Below the pieces are notes generated by a model. It did not search any database. It was not told the DNA's origin and saw only the letters and a program-made list of their open reading frames with translations. From contig JBEKKK010000002.1 in the NCBI GenBank assembly GCA_050010755.1, positions 96,001-160,000 on the forward strand: DNA of 64,000 bases, read 5' to 3'. Position 1 is the first letter of the stretch, and each line of letters starts with the position of its first letter. Shown here in pieces: positions 29,193 through 38,394 of the stretch. The position numbers were made by a program, and so were the translations under genes. The DNA comes from Candidatus Bathyarchaeia archaeon (GTDB taxonomy: Archaea; Thermoproteota; Bathyarchaeia; Bathyarchaeales; Bathycorpusculaceae).

Positions 29193-30563
29193 ATGTCAGA
29201 GTTGTCAAGAATAATCGTTGAAGATTTTCTAAAGAGTTCATGGTCATGCATCGAAGCTCTGGTTGGAGAGTTGGCTACTTACAAACCGGATCCGGGAAGA
29301 AAGATTCGTTTCTTCCACTTCAAAAATGGGCGAAAGAATGAAGCGACGTTTGACAGTGGCCACTTCTTCTTGAGGGCTTCAGTTGAATATTCAAATCCAC
29401 AGTTAACGGTAGAAGAAGTCCAAGGAATCATAGCTGCCCGTCTTCTCGAAGTCTGCGGAAACCACTTCTACTACTACGGTCTCCACGCTGTCGACGACAA
29501 GGACGTTAATGAGATATGTGAGATGCTCAGTGACCCTTCTCAAGGAGTAATAGTTCCGTTCCTGCTTAACACGGACGAGATTGAACCGGACAGGTATTCG
29601 ATGAACCCGCTGAAGGAGTCCATAGTGAATAGCGGACAGAGTGCGTTTCCGTGCGCCACGGTCAAGACGGAGTCTCTGGAAATTGACCAGAACTTCGCAC
29701 AAAAGTATCAGGGGTCATTAATTTGTAAGGAAGAAATCGAACTCATAAGCCGTCACCTCAAGACCTGTAACAACAGTTACGTAGACATGGTCGACGCGGT
29801 CAAGTATGAACAATTAGAAAAACTCTCCAAAGCCTTCGGAATAAACCTCAGTGTATATTCAATCCGTATGCCCTTGACCGTTCTCGGCGAAGAGAAACCA
29901 GACGGGTTGCTGCATCACATAATCAGACAAACCCACGCGGGTTACGAGTCAATCGAATGCGTCTACAAGTGCATGGGACGAAGCATGAAAAACCTAACAA
30001 CCCTTCTAACCGTCCCGCACTCAAACAAGGGCTATGCCTCCAAACGTGCTGTCAGGGGAAGAATATACTTCGACGGGGCCAAACTCAAAAGCGTGAAAGT
30101 CGACTACAAAACAGCCCTGCTCTACCCGAACGCGATTGACCAGGGTGACGTGAGCATAGCAAAAGCCGACGACACTTTCAACGTTGAAGGAGACAAACTC
30201 GCGAACTACGACTTCAAAGAGACTCCTTCCTCACCTCAATTCTTCTTATACTCCCTAGCTTCACCTGAGAACGCCGTCCTATGGCACGGAATCGGAGCCT
30301 TCGGGGCTTCCGAGCTGCTCAAAAGCTATGCGACCACCCGCGTAGCCTGCGCTAAAGAACTCATACTCAAAGGGCTGAGCGAGAAGTATGGCATTGCTAC
30401 AAAAATACCCCTACAATTCAATCTTGTCCCAAAATACATGTGGTTCCATCCTATACATAGAAACATAGATGCAAGCATCGGCTGCGTCCAAAACATGAAA
30501 GATCTGGCCGACTTAGGGATGAAAATGGAACGCCTCCAAACAGATCAATACATCCGCACCTAA
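29193..30563 (+). CDS. Hypothetical soluble protein (~456 aa)
   Basis: Long ORF 5 nt after the GNAT stop with a GAGG SD; no motif recognised. Confidence 0.75.
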   Translation: MSELSRIIVEDFLKSSWSCIEALVGELATYKPDPGRKIRFFHFKNGRKNEATFDSGHFFLRASVEYSNPQLTVEEVQGIIAARLLEVCGNHFYYYGLHAVDDKDVNEICEMLSDPSQGVIVPFLLNTDEIEPDRYSMNPLKESIVNSGQSAFPCATVKTESLEIDQNFAQKYQGSLICKEEIELISRHLKTCNNSYVDMVDAVKYEQLEKLSKAFGINLSVYSIRMPLTVLGEEKPDGLLHHIIRQTHAGYESIECVYKCMGRSMKNLTTLLTVPHSNKGYASKRAVRGRIYFDGAKLKSVKVDYKTALLYPNAIDQGDVSIAKADDTFNVEGDKLANYDFKETPSSPQFFLYSLASPENAVLWHGIGAFGASELLKSYATTRVACAKELILKGLSEKYGIATKIPLQFNLVPKYMWFHPIHRNIDASIGCVQNMKDLADLGMKMERLQTDQYIRT

Positions 30564-30673
30564 CAGCTAAAACTCTGACTTGCTAGAAGCAGGACAAGTC
30601 TTGTTCTGGTCGTAGCAAATGGACGCATAACGTTTTTAAGAAACAAGAGAAGAATTCTGACGGTTGACTTTTC

Positions 30674-31285
30674 ATGTTCTTCAAACAGATCAAGTATCGA
30701 GGCGACAACTTTTCATATATCATCGCAGACGCTGCGTCGAAAGAAGCGGCAGTTGTGGATCCCAGCTTCAACGTTGACGCAATAATTCTTGTTCTTAAAG
30801 ACCAAGATTTCAACTTGAAATACATCATTAACACTCACGGCCACCCTGACCACACTGCTGGGAACGAGGAACTCAAATCCGCCTTCGACTCGAAAATTGT
30901 TGCCCACAAACTCTCACACGTAAGGCATGATATCAGCGTAATTGATGGGGACAAGATCCGCCTGGGCGCCATTTCAATCGAAATCATTCACACGCCTGGT
31001 CACACTCCTGACGGCATTTGCCTACTAGTCGAGGGCAAGCTGTTGACTGGCGACACACTCTTTGTGGGCGAGTGTGGACGAACTGACCTGCCTGGCAGCA
31101 ATGTCAAGGACATGTACGTCAGCCTCCTGCAAAGAATAGCAAAACTTAATGACAACGTCGAAGTTTACCCGGGCCATGATTACGGGCCATCCCCAAACTC
31201 GACTATTGGGAGAGAAAAACAAACAAATTACACTCTGCAACCGCGAACGCTCCAAGAATTCATCCAATTTATGCAAACGCCATAA
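30674..31285 (+). CDS. Metallo-beta-lactamase fold hydrolase (glyoxalase II/ETHE1-like)
   Basis: THGHPDH, HTPGHT, TGDTLF, PGHDY. Confidence 0.93.
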   Translation: MFFKQIKYRGDNFSYIIADAASKEAAVVDPSFNVDAIILVLKDQDFNLKYIINTHGHPDHTAGNEELKSAFDSKIVAHKLSHVRHDISVIDGDKIRLGAISIEIIHTPGHTPDGICLLVEGKLLTGDTLFVGECGRTDLPGSNVKDMYVSLLQRIAKLNDNVEVYPGHDYGPSPNSTIGREKQTNYTLQPRTLQEFIQFMQTP

Positions 31286-31443
31286 AATGAGAAGGCAGAG
31301 AACAGATCAGAATTGAGTCTGATATGGCTCAACGATGAGGGCTCAGAACGGTTGCTTGGATCTCAAACTTTCGAACTGCAACATTAAAGAACAGGGAGAC
31401 CATATGACGAAATAAGTGAAGCATAGGGAATAGCGGGTAAGAC

Positions 31444-32895
31444 ATGTTCGATAACTCCGTTTCTTTCGTTCTCGAAACCGAGGTTCCCAACAATTACATA
31501 GGAAACATGTTGGACTTTATATACCAAAAATACCTTGTGGCCCAGAAACAGCGTTTCACCAACATATCCAGATCCACCGAGAACGGTGAATCTACCCTGA
31601 ACTACGATGTGATTGACAAGCATGCGAAGCGCAGCCTGGCTGTAACTGTCAATGGCAGCAACCCTCTCAGAATCAAAATAACTCCCGTCAGCGAAGGCGT
31701 AACTGAACAAGCTATAGAAGAAGCCAGACAAGACGTCGCCATCGGAGTTGACTATTTTGAGGAGCAAATCCGGCAGAACACCCTTTACTTCGCATGGAGG
31801 GAAGGAGAGGAAATAGTTCCTGAAGTTGTTTCCTCAAAGGAGAAGAAGCCTATCAACCGGCTTTTCCTTGAGACCCAGATCCTTCTCTTTGTTGTCTTCA
31901 CAACCGTCGGCTTGTTCCTGTTCCTATTCCTCTACAGCTTGAGTTACGGCTGGATAGCTCCAATCGCGGTTCTGGCAATTCAGTTAGTCTTCGTTTTCTA
32001 CTCTAACAGGTTTATCGAGAGGACGGCTGACTGGCGTATAACTCGAGACAACCCTAGCATCCACCTGCTTGAATACCGCGTACCACTGGGGCAACAAGAA
32101 AGCTTCAGAAAAAACTATCCTCCTGACAAACTGAAGAACATAAAGAAAGAAGTGTATGAACAAACTATCCTTAAGAAGGGTGAAATAGATTGCGGAACCA
32201 CCGGTCAAATCTTCAACAAGTACGGTCTTGAATGCAGCCCAGAAAATCTCTCTGCAAAAAAAGTCAACATCTACGAGCTTGTGGAGAAAACTCGTCAGAA
32301 GTTCGGTTTCCCAATGCCAAGAGTCGTTGTTTCCAACACGATGCTTCCCAATGCGGCAGCCTCAGGGCCGAGCCCAAGCCGCGGAACCGTGCTCATCACG
32401 ACAGGACTCTTGGCTCAGCTTAATGAGGATGAAATCATAAGCGTGTTGGGACATGAGTTCGGCCACCTTAAAGGGCGCGATCCGCTCCTTCTCTTCGGCC
32501 TGATGTCGGCGGAGTTTCTCTTCCGATTTTACGTCCTTTTGCCCCTGTTTACGTTCTTATTCACCACGTTGCTCTTCCTCGTGTATTTCTGGGCAGTCAT
32601 GACCCTCATATTCTTTATTGCTAAGTTCTTCGAGGCTCGAGCAGACCTCACTTCGGCCATAGTTATCCGGCAACCACGCGTCTTGGCCGATGCCCTCGAA
32701 AAGATAGGCTTCAAACGGCTGCTGTTCGAACGCGTACCCTCCTATCGCATTCAAGAATGGACTAGTTTGGACCCTCACCCGCCCATCTACTTCCGAGTCG
32801 ACCGGCTCAGAAAACTCCAAGACACAACAAACATAAAACATCCGCTCTTTCAATCGGCTAAAGAAGTGACCAGAGGTTTCATCAACAGCTTATGA
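31444..32895 (+). CDS. M48 (HtpX-like) membrane zinc protease with an extended N-terminus
   Basis: PNAAASG, LGHEFGH, EARAD, HPP..R; TM segments. Confidence 0.9.
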   Translation: MFDNSVSFVLETEVPNNYIGNMLDFIYQKYLVAQKQRFTNISRSTENGESTLNYDVIDKHAKRSLAVTVNGSNPLRIKITPVSEGVTEQAIEEARQDVAIGVDYFEEQIRQNTLYFAWREGEEIVPEVVSSKEKKPINRLFLETQILLFVVFTTVGLFLFLFLYSLSYGWIAPIAVLAIQLVFVFYSNRFIERTADWRITRDNPSIHLLEYRVPLGQQESFRKNYPPDKLKNIKKEVYEQTILKKGEIDCGTTGQIFNKYGLECSPENLSAKKVNIYELVEKTRQKFGFPMPRVVVSNTMLPNAAASGPSPSRGTVLITTGLLAQLNEDEIISVLGHEFGHLKGRDPLLLFGLMSAEFLFRFYVLLPLFTFLFTTLLFLVYFWAVMTLIFFIAKFFEARADLTSAIVIRQPRVLADALEKIGFKRLLFERVPSYRIQEWTSLDPHPPIYFRVDRLRKLQDTTNIKHPLFQSAKEVTRGFINSL

Positions 32896-32956
32896 TGGGC
32901 AGAAGAGCTGCACTCAGCGAAACAGAGTTCGATTTGATTCATGCGTCACAGTCTTC

Positions 32957-33262
32957 TCAGATGTCAACTAGTATCTGTTCTCCTTCTGTTTTCGTCTGAT
33001 ATACAGGTTCAGACTTCTTTGCGGGTCCTTTCATAACGCTTCCAGTTGTAACGTCGAAAATCGAACCATGACAAGGGCATGTTACATTTCCTCCTTTGAG
33101 CGTACCGTCCGACAGCATACAACCCATATGAGTGCAACGATTCCCAATGGCATAGAACTTGCCCTCCAGATTGACAACGACAATTTCCTTGCCACCTCCC
33201 TCCACGCCAATCATGCCGCCCGGCTCCAAATCCTTCACAAGGGCGACTTTCAAAAACGTCAT
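32957..33262 (-). CDS. Rieske [2Fe-2S] ferredoxin
   Basis: CTH..CPCHGSIFD. Confidence 0.92.
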   Translation of the reverse strand: MTFLKVALVKDLEPGGMIGVEGGGKEIVVVNLEGKFYAIGNRCTHMGCMLSDGTLKGGNVTCPCHGSIFDVTTGSVMKGPAKKSEPVYQTKTEGEQILVDI

Positions 33263-33524
33263 CCCGGCTCACCTCCTCAATATTCTCTCAACCCAATGAC
33301 TAACAACCCGAAAAGATCTTATAAAAAACTTCCCGTATTCGCCATGAAACAGGAAAAAGCTTCTATTCCTGCATTTTGACGTAGACCAAAGATGATGTGG
33401 CCAGTAAACCTTTTTATAGAAGGCCCACTCTCTAATGGCCTGTCACATTAATTCATGCTTACCAAAGCTTTTGAAAGCTTTCAGAACTTGCATGCAAAAT
33501 TTTGTGGCAGGAGAAATGAAACAT

Positions 33525-34661
33525 ATGCAGATGCAACACTTTAAAGACTTGCCACTGAGTCCGGAAGTAATGAAGGGCATCGAGGAACTTGGATTCACGG
33601 ATCTTTTTCCAATTCAAGCTCAGGCCATAACTCCATTACTTGAGGGCAAGGACGTAATCGGACAAGCGCAAACCGGCACCGGCAAGACAGCCGCTTTCGG
33701 AGTTCCAATGATTGAACGCTTAGACCCAAATGACAAAAGGGTTCAAGGATTGGTCTTGGAGCCAACGCGTGAACTTGCTGAACAAGTCGCAGAACACATG
33801 TACCGGTTCGGCAAATATACTGGGTTCAAGGTTCTGCCAGTCTACGGCGGCGAATCTATCCAGAAACAAATACGCACCCTTGAAGCGGGTGTCCAAATCG
33901 TAGTGGGCACGCCTGGCCGCATAATAGACCTGATGGAAAGGCGCGTGCTAAACTTGGCACACGTAAGAATAGTCGTCTTAGACGAAGCTGACAGAATGCT
34001 TGACATGGGGTTCATCGAAGACATAGAGTACATCCTCTCGAGGGTTCCGACCAACAGGCAGACCAGCCTCTTCTCGGCAACTATAGAACAGACAGTTATG
34101 AACGTGTGTCACAGGTACATGAAGAACCCTGAGAAAATACTAGTTAGCAAGGATGAAATAGCTCTGACGCAGATACACCAGTACTACACCGTTGTAAATC
34201 CTCACAGCAAATTTGAAAGCCTCTGCGGCATACTCGAAGCAAACCACATAGGGAGAGCCATAATCTTCTGCAAGACCCGAACAGAGACAAGCTTCTTAGC
34301 CGACAAATTGAGGGCAAGAGGATACGATGCAAAACCCCTACACGCTGGCTTCACGCAACCGCAGAGAAACTTCGTCATAGACTGTTTCAGAAGGGGAAAG
34401 TTAAAGCTGCTCATTGCAACCGATGTTGCGGCAAGAGGCTTGGATATTCAGGGAATCACCCACATAATCAACTACGACGTTCCATTAGACGCCCTGGTCT
34501 ACTTCCACAGAATCGGAAGGACTGCGAGGATGGGACTGGAAGGCACGGCCATAACGCTGGTGGGCTACGGAGAACTGGGAGAGCTGGAACAGATTAAGGC
34601 CTTGACCAAAACTAACATAGAGGAAATCGAATCGAGCTCCGAATTTGCACGGCATTTATAA
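33525..34661 (+). CDS. DEAD-box RNA helicase (core only, no C-terminal extension)
   Basis: Q motif, AQTGTGKT, PTRELA, TPGR, DEAD, SAT, ARGLD, HRIGRTAR. GGAG SD at ~33510; alternative starts at 33516 and 33435. Confidence 0.95.
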   Translation: MQMQHFKDLPLSPEVMKGIEELGFTDLFPIQAQAITPLLEGKDVIGQAQTGTGKTAAFGVPMIERLDPNDKRVQGLVLEPTRELAEQVAEHMYRFGKYTGFKVLPVYGGESIQKQIRTLEAGVQIVVGTPGRIIDLMERRVLNLAHVRIVVLDEADRMLDMGFIEDIEYILSRVPTNRQTSLFSATIEQTVMNVCHRYMKNPEKILVSKDEIALTQIHQYYTVVNPHSKFESLCGILEANHIGRAIIFCKTRTETSFLADKLRARGYDAKPLHAGFTQPQRNFVIDCFRRGKLKLLIATDVAARGLDIQGITHIINYDVPLDALVYFHRIGRTARMGLEGTAITLVGYGELGELEQIKALTKTNIEEIESSSEFARHL

Positions 34662-34767
34662 GGAACCGCGACACATTATAAAAGCGCGGTAGCGTTCTGT
34701 TCTTGAATAGGAAACAGCGACACAACGCTACACAAAACAACCAAAAAAACAAAAAGGAGTGATAAAA

Positions 34768-35055
34768 ATGGCAGAAAATCAAAAGACTGTTTTCATTGGC
34801 AGGAAACCGGCAATGAGCTACGTACTGGCGATCATCACGAGCCTCTCACAAAGCAACTCTAAGGAAATAACCTTGAAGGCACGCGGACAAGCTATAACGA
34901 CAGCTGTTGACGTTGCTGAAATCACTAGAAGCCGGTTCTTAAAAGACCTAAAAGTAAGCAAGATCGCCATAGGAACCGAACAGATGCCACCTCGAGAAGG
35001 AGAAAACAGTGCAAGAATGGTTTCTACAATGGAAATAACCTTGGCGAAAGAGTAG
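34768..35055 (+). CDS. albA: Alba DNA/RNA-binding protein
   Basis: VFIGRKPAMSYVLA, LKARGQAITTAVDVAE, VSTMEITL. Confidence 0.95.
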   Translation: MAENQKTVFIGRKPAMSYVLAIITSLSQSNSKEITLKARGQAITTAVDVAEITRSRFLKDLKVSKIAIGTEQMPPREGENSARMVSTMEITLAKE

Positions 35056-35062
35056 AAAAACA

Positions 35063-35695
35063 TTGAGAAACAAAGTATCCGTAGGCGAGTATCTCGCCTT
35101 TCTTTCTTTAAAATATGAAGTCGACCCGGATCAGCTTTTTCACGCGTTATGTTTGGCGTGGGAGAACCTGAAAGCCACGTGCGGGGAGATCCTCATTCAG
35201 TGCCGCAGCAAGACTCAGGACAAAGCGGTGTTCCTGATGACTAAGGACTCCAAAGTTGTCTCTCAGTTTCCAATACCGAAAGAGTTTCTTTTCGACAACG
35301 CCAACCCTATCAGGACGTTGCAGAGGGCCGAAATGTTCGGAAGACGAGCGATCAAGAAGCCTGAAACGACATATTGTTTTCAGATAAAGGATTTGAGGGT
35401 CGGCATGAAAAAGATCAGTTTGACGGCAAGGGTGTTGGAGATTCCGAAGCCCACTTTTGTTTTTACGAGGTTTGGCAATTATGCTAGTGTCGCCAATGCC
35501 TCTGTGGCTGACGAGACGGGGACGGTGAAGCTGTGTTTGTGGAATGAGCAGATAGAAGCCGTTTCAACCGGAGATATGATTCAGATAGAGAATGCCCACA
35601 TGTCCCTGTTTAGGGGCGAACGCCAGCTGAGGATTGGGAAGAATGGGAAGCTCAGCATCGTTGAGAAAATGGATTCGGCGAAGCTGGAGAACTGA
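35063..35695 (+). CDS. OB-fold ssDNA/RNA-binding protein with the same N-terminal domain, paralog 2
   Basis: EYLAFLSLKYEVDPD..; IKDLRVGM..VADETGTVKLCLWNEQ..FRGERQLRIGKNG. Confidence 0.85.
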   Translation: MRNKVSVGEYLAFLSLKYEVDPDQLFHALCLAWENLKATCGEILIQCRSKTQDKAVFLMTKDSKVVSQFPIPKEFLFDNANPIRTLQRAEMFGRRAIKKPETTYCFQIKDLRVGMKKISLTARVLEIPKPTFVFTRFGNYASVANASVADETGTVKLCLWNEQIEAVSTGDMIQIENAHMSLFRGERQLRIGKNGKLSIVEKMDSAKLEN

Positions 35696-35719
35696 AGGCT
35701 AGGAGCCGTTTTTGCTGGT

Positions 35720-36388
35720 TTAGTCTCTACTTGCGAGTATCACAATATAGTCGGCGGTGTCTGCGCACTGGTCTGCGGCTTGTTCGATGAATTCGATGAG
35801 ATCATCGAATATTACCATGGCACCGATGTTCATTTGTTGTCCGTATTTGATGAATGAGGCTTTTGTCTTGAGGTAGTCGTCGTCGATTTGATGTTCGATT
35901 TCTTCGACTTTTTGGGCGCCTGTTATGGCTTCCATTGGGGCGACGTTGATTTTCTCTATGCAGACGCGGAGGGCTTGTGCACAGTCTACGAGAAGAGAGG
36001 TCATGTGGACGGTTCTGTCCAACATCTCCTGTGGTAGTCGAGTGCCGGCGAGCATTTCCATGCATCGTGCAGCGTCTTTGACGTGGTCGGCGAGTGTGTC
36101 GAGTCTTTTTACAAGGTGAAGGAGGTCTTCTCGGTAGTCAGCGAACAGTGCTGCGCCCTTGGACAGTTCCTTGAACACGTCGGTTCTAAGCTTGTCAACC
36201 TCCTCTTCTTCTTTGAAGAGGTTTTCGATGCGTTGGAGGGCCTCTTTTTCGTTTCCTTCCGACAGGCTTCGCACTGCCTGATTGAGCAGCGTCACGGTGT
36301 CGAGGGCCTTCGCGATCTGATCTTGAGCCAGGTCTAGGGCTTTGGTTCGGCGTCGTCTTTCGAACCAGGCGTAACTTCGCTTCTCCAT
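35720..36388 (-). CDS. DUF47/PhoU-like phosphate transport regulator
   Basis: EEEVDKLR..REDLLHLVKRLDTLAD; IEHQIDD..EQAADQCADTAD. Confidence 0.85.
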   Translation of the reverse strand: MEKRSYAWFERRRRTKALDLAQDQIAKALDTVTLLNQAVRSLSEGNEKEALQRIENLFKEEEEVDKLRTDVFKELSKGAALFADYREDLLHLVKRLDTLADHVKDAARCMEMLAGTRLPQEMLDRTVHMTSLLVDCAQALRVCIEKINVAPMEAITGAQKVEEIEHQIDDDYLKTKASFIKYGQQMNIGAMVIFDDLIEFIEQAADQCADTADYIVILASRD

Positions 36389-36683
36389 GCGCGTATCTCC
36401 GTTAAATAATACTTTTTGCATTCCACTTATAACCTTTCTTAGAATCTCGTAGAGCGTTATCCCGCTTGAGCGCAAGATCGCAATGGCGTACCGTGCCGAT
36501 CTCCCTTTTGTCTTTACATCCCGTCGTAATGTTTGGGTGTAAGAAATGATGTTGAAAGAGTACTCGTGAATTCTAAATCAACGTCTTCAGCGCAAGATTG
36601 TAATCCGTTGTAATGGCGCCTGTAAATAGTGTGTCCCTTGAAATTCGTGCGTGTTTAGTCTATCTCTGCGCGGGTTGGTGCGG

Positions 36684-37148
36684 TCAGGGCGAGGGGTTGT
36701 TCTTTTCTGACAGCCAGTAGGCTTTTTTCTTTCCTTTTTCGGTTATGACGTGTTCTTTCTTGAAGATTGGCGCTTCGCTTTTGTATCTCTCTACGGCTTG
36801 TTCAAGGACTGGAAAGATGTTCTGACGGTGGGAACCTGCCACCAAGACGTAGACGAGGTCTTCGCTCGGGCTGAATTCTCCGAGCAGATGGTGTATTTGG
36901 ACATCCGTTACGCCTGGCTTTTTTCGCAGGTCGCTGCATATTTTCTCCAGCATTTGGTCTGCCTTCTCTTCGTAGGCTTCCAGTTCCAGTTTTTCGACTT
37001 TTTCGCCTTTTTTGTCCTCCTCGCGAACCACTCCGATGAAGAGTGCGATTGCTCCAGCCTTCTTGAAGTTGGGTTCTTTCTTGGCGTTGCCTATCAAGTC
37101 GGGAAGAGAGAATGTTCCTTTTTGATGTACTCCCGCTCGTTTTGCCAT
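36684..37148 (-). CDS. moaE: Molybdopterin synthase catalytic subunit
   Basis: GAIALFIGVVR, LELEAYEE, HHLLG, HR, K..APIFKKE. Confidence 0.92.
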   Translation of the reverse strand: MAKRAGVHQKGTFSLPDLIGNAKKEPNFKKAGAIALFIGVVREEDKKGEKVEKLELEAYEEKADQMLEKICSDLRKKPGVTDVQIHHLLGEFSPSEDLVYVLVAGSHRQNIFPVLEQAVERYKSEAPIFKKEHVITEKGKKKAYWLSEKNNPSP

Positions 37149-37186
37149 TATTTCACCATGGGCCTGTCTGTGCTGCTTCCACGGGT

Positions 37187-38242
37187 TTATTCTGTTGCTT
37201 CTTGTCCGGCTGTCTTCATGTATTTGCGCATGTCTTCCGGGGTGGCTGAGGGAACCGGCAGGTCTTTCATCGTGTAAAGGCCGGCTGGGGCGTTTATTAC
37301 TCTTGGAATTGCATTGACGACGACGGCAACTGTTCCTATGTCGCCGTGGACGCAGGGTTGGATTTTCTGGTTGATGTTTGGGACGCCTTTGATTGTTACT
37401 GAGTCGTATTCTTCTCTTGCCCCTATGTAGGCTTGGAAATCTAGGTTTATGGCTTCTCTGTTTTTCACTATGCCTTGTGCTTTCTGTTTCAAGCCAGCCA
37501 CTTTTCCCGCGTCGACTCTTATGTCCTTGCTTTCAACGGCTTTCTTAGCGATGACTCGCTCGACGGATTGCACGTTTATCTTGTCGAGTTTCCATGCGAG
37601 GGCGTTGGCGATCATGCTGATGGATTGTTCGAGACCGACGTGTCCTGTGATGTGTTTCTTGGTGATTTTCTTTTGGAATTCTTCCGTGGTCAGTCCTGCT
37701 CCTATCTTTTTCTGGAACGGTACGCGTCTCGTCGCCGCGTTCATGATCCTTGTTACTTCGATTTTGTCTATTTTTTCGCATGCCGAAGTTAGTGTTATGA
37801 CCAGCGTGTCCATGAGAAAGCCGGGGTTTATCCCGGTGCCTAGGACGGTTGCATCGTGCTTCTTGGCCAGGGCGTCGAGTTTTCTTGCGAGTTCTGGTTC
37901 GGAAACGTATGGGTATGAGAGTTCTTCGCAGGTTGATACGACGTTGACGCCTTGTTTTAGGATTGAGGCTATCTGAGGGTACGTGTCTTTGAGGAAGGAT
38001 GAGGTTGTGTGGATTGCGATGTCCGCCATTGTCCCGTCCCGAAGCGCAGATTCAATGTTTTTTGAAATCTTGGTTCCGACTTTTCGATTCAGTCCTAAGA
38101 CTTCGCCAATGTCTTTTCCTATCTTGTCTTTGGCCACGTCTACTGCGCCGACTATTTCTACTCCTTCTTTTTCCAGCAAGAACTTGGCGATGAAACCGCC
38201 CACAACGCCCATTCCGAACGATATTACTTTTATCTTCTCCAT
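37187..38242 (-). CDS. NAD(P)-dependent amine dehydrogenase (2,4-diaminopentanoate dehydrogenase/DapB-like family)
   Basis: GMGVVG Rossmann motif, NVVSTCEELSYP, GTGINPGFLMD, GHVGL, GDIGT. Confidence 0.8.
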   Translation of the reverse strand: MEKIKVISFGMGVVGGFIAKFLLEKEGVEIVGAVDVAKDKIGKDIGEVLGLNRKVGTKISKNIESALRDGTMADIAIHTTSSFLKDTYPQIASILKQGVNVVSTCEELSYPYVSEPELARKLDALAKKHDATVLGTGINPGFLMDTLVITLTSACEKIDKIEVTRIMNAATRRVPFQKKIGAGLTTEEFQKKITKKHITGHVGLEQSISMIANALAWKLDKINVQSVERVIAKKAVESKDIRVDAGKVAGLKQKAQGIVKNREAINLDFQAYIGAREEYDSVTIKGVPNINQKIQPCVHGDIGTVAVVVNAIPRVINAPAGLYTMKDLPVPSATPEDMRKYMKTAGQEATE

Positions 38243-38394
38243 GGTCGTCTGGTCTCCTCGGAGCTTATGTTTTACCGAGGTTGACCATATAAAAGTGTGT
38301 CTGGACAGCGTTCGACTTGAATGTTCGTTTAGAACCTTTACGTTTGTAAACTTTTATATCTATGGCATCGCCCACTACTAGAGAGGCCCAATAA

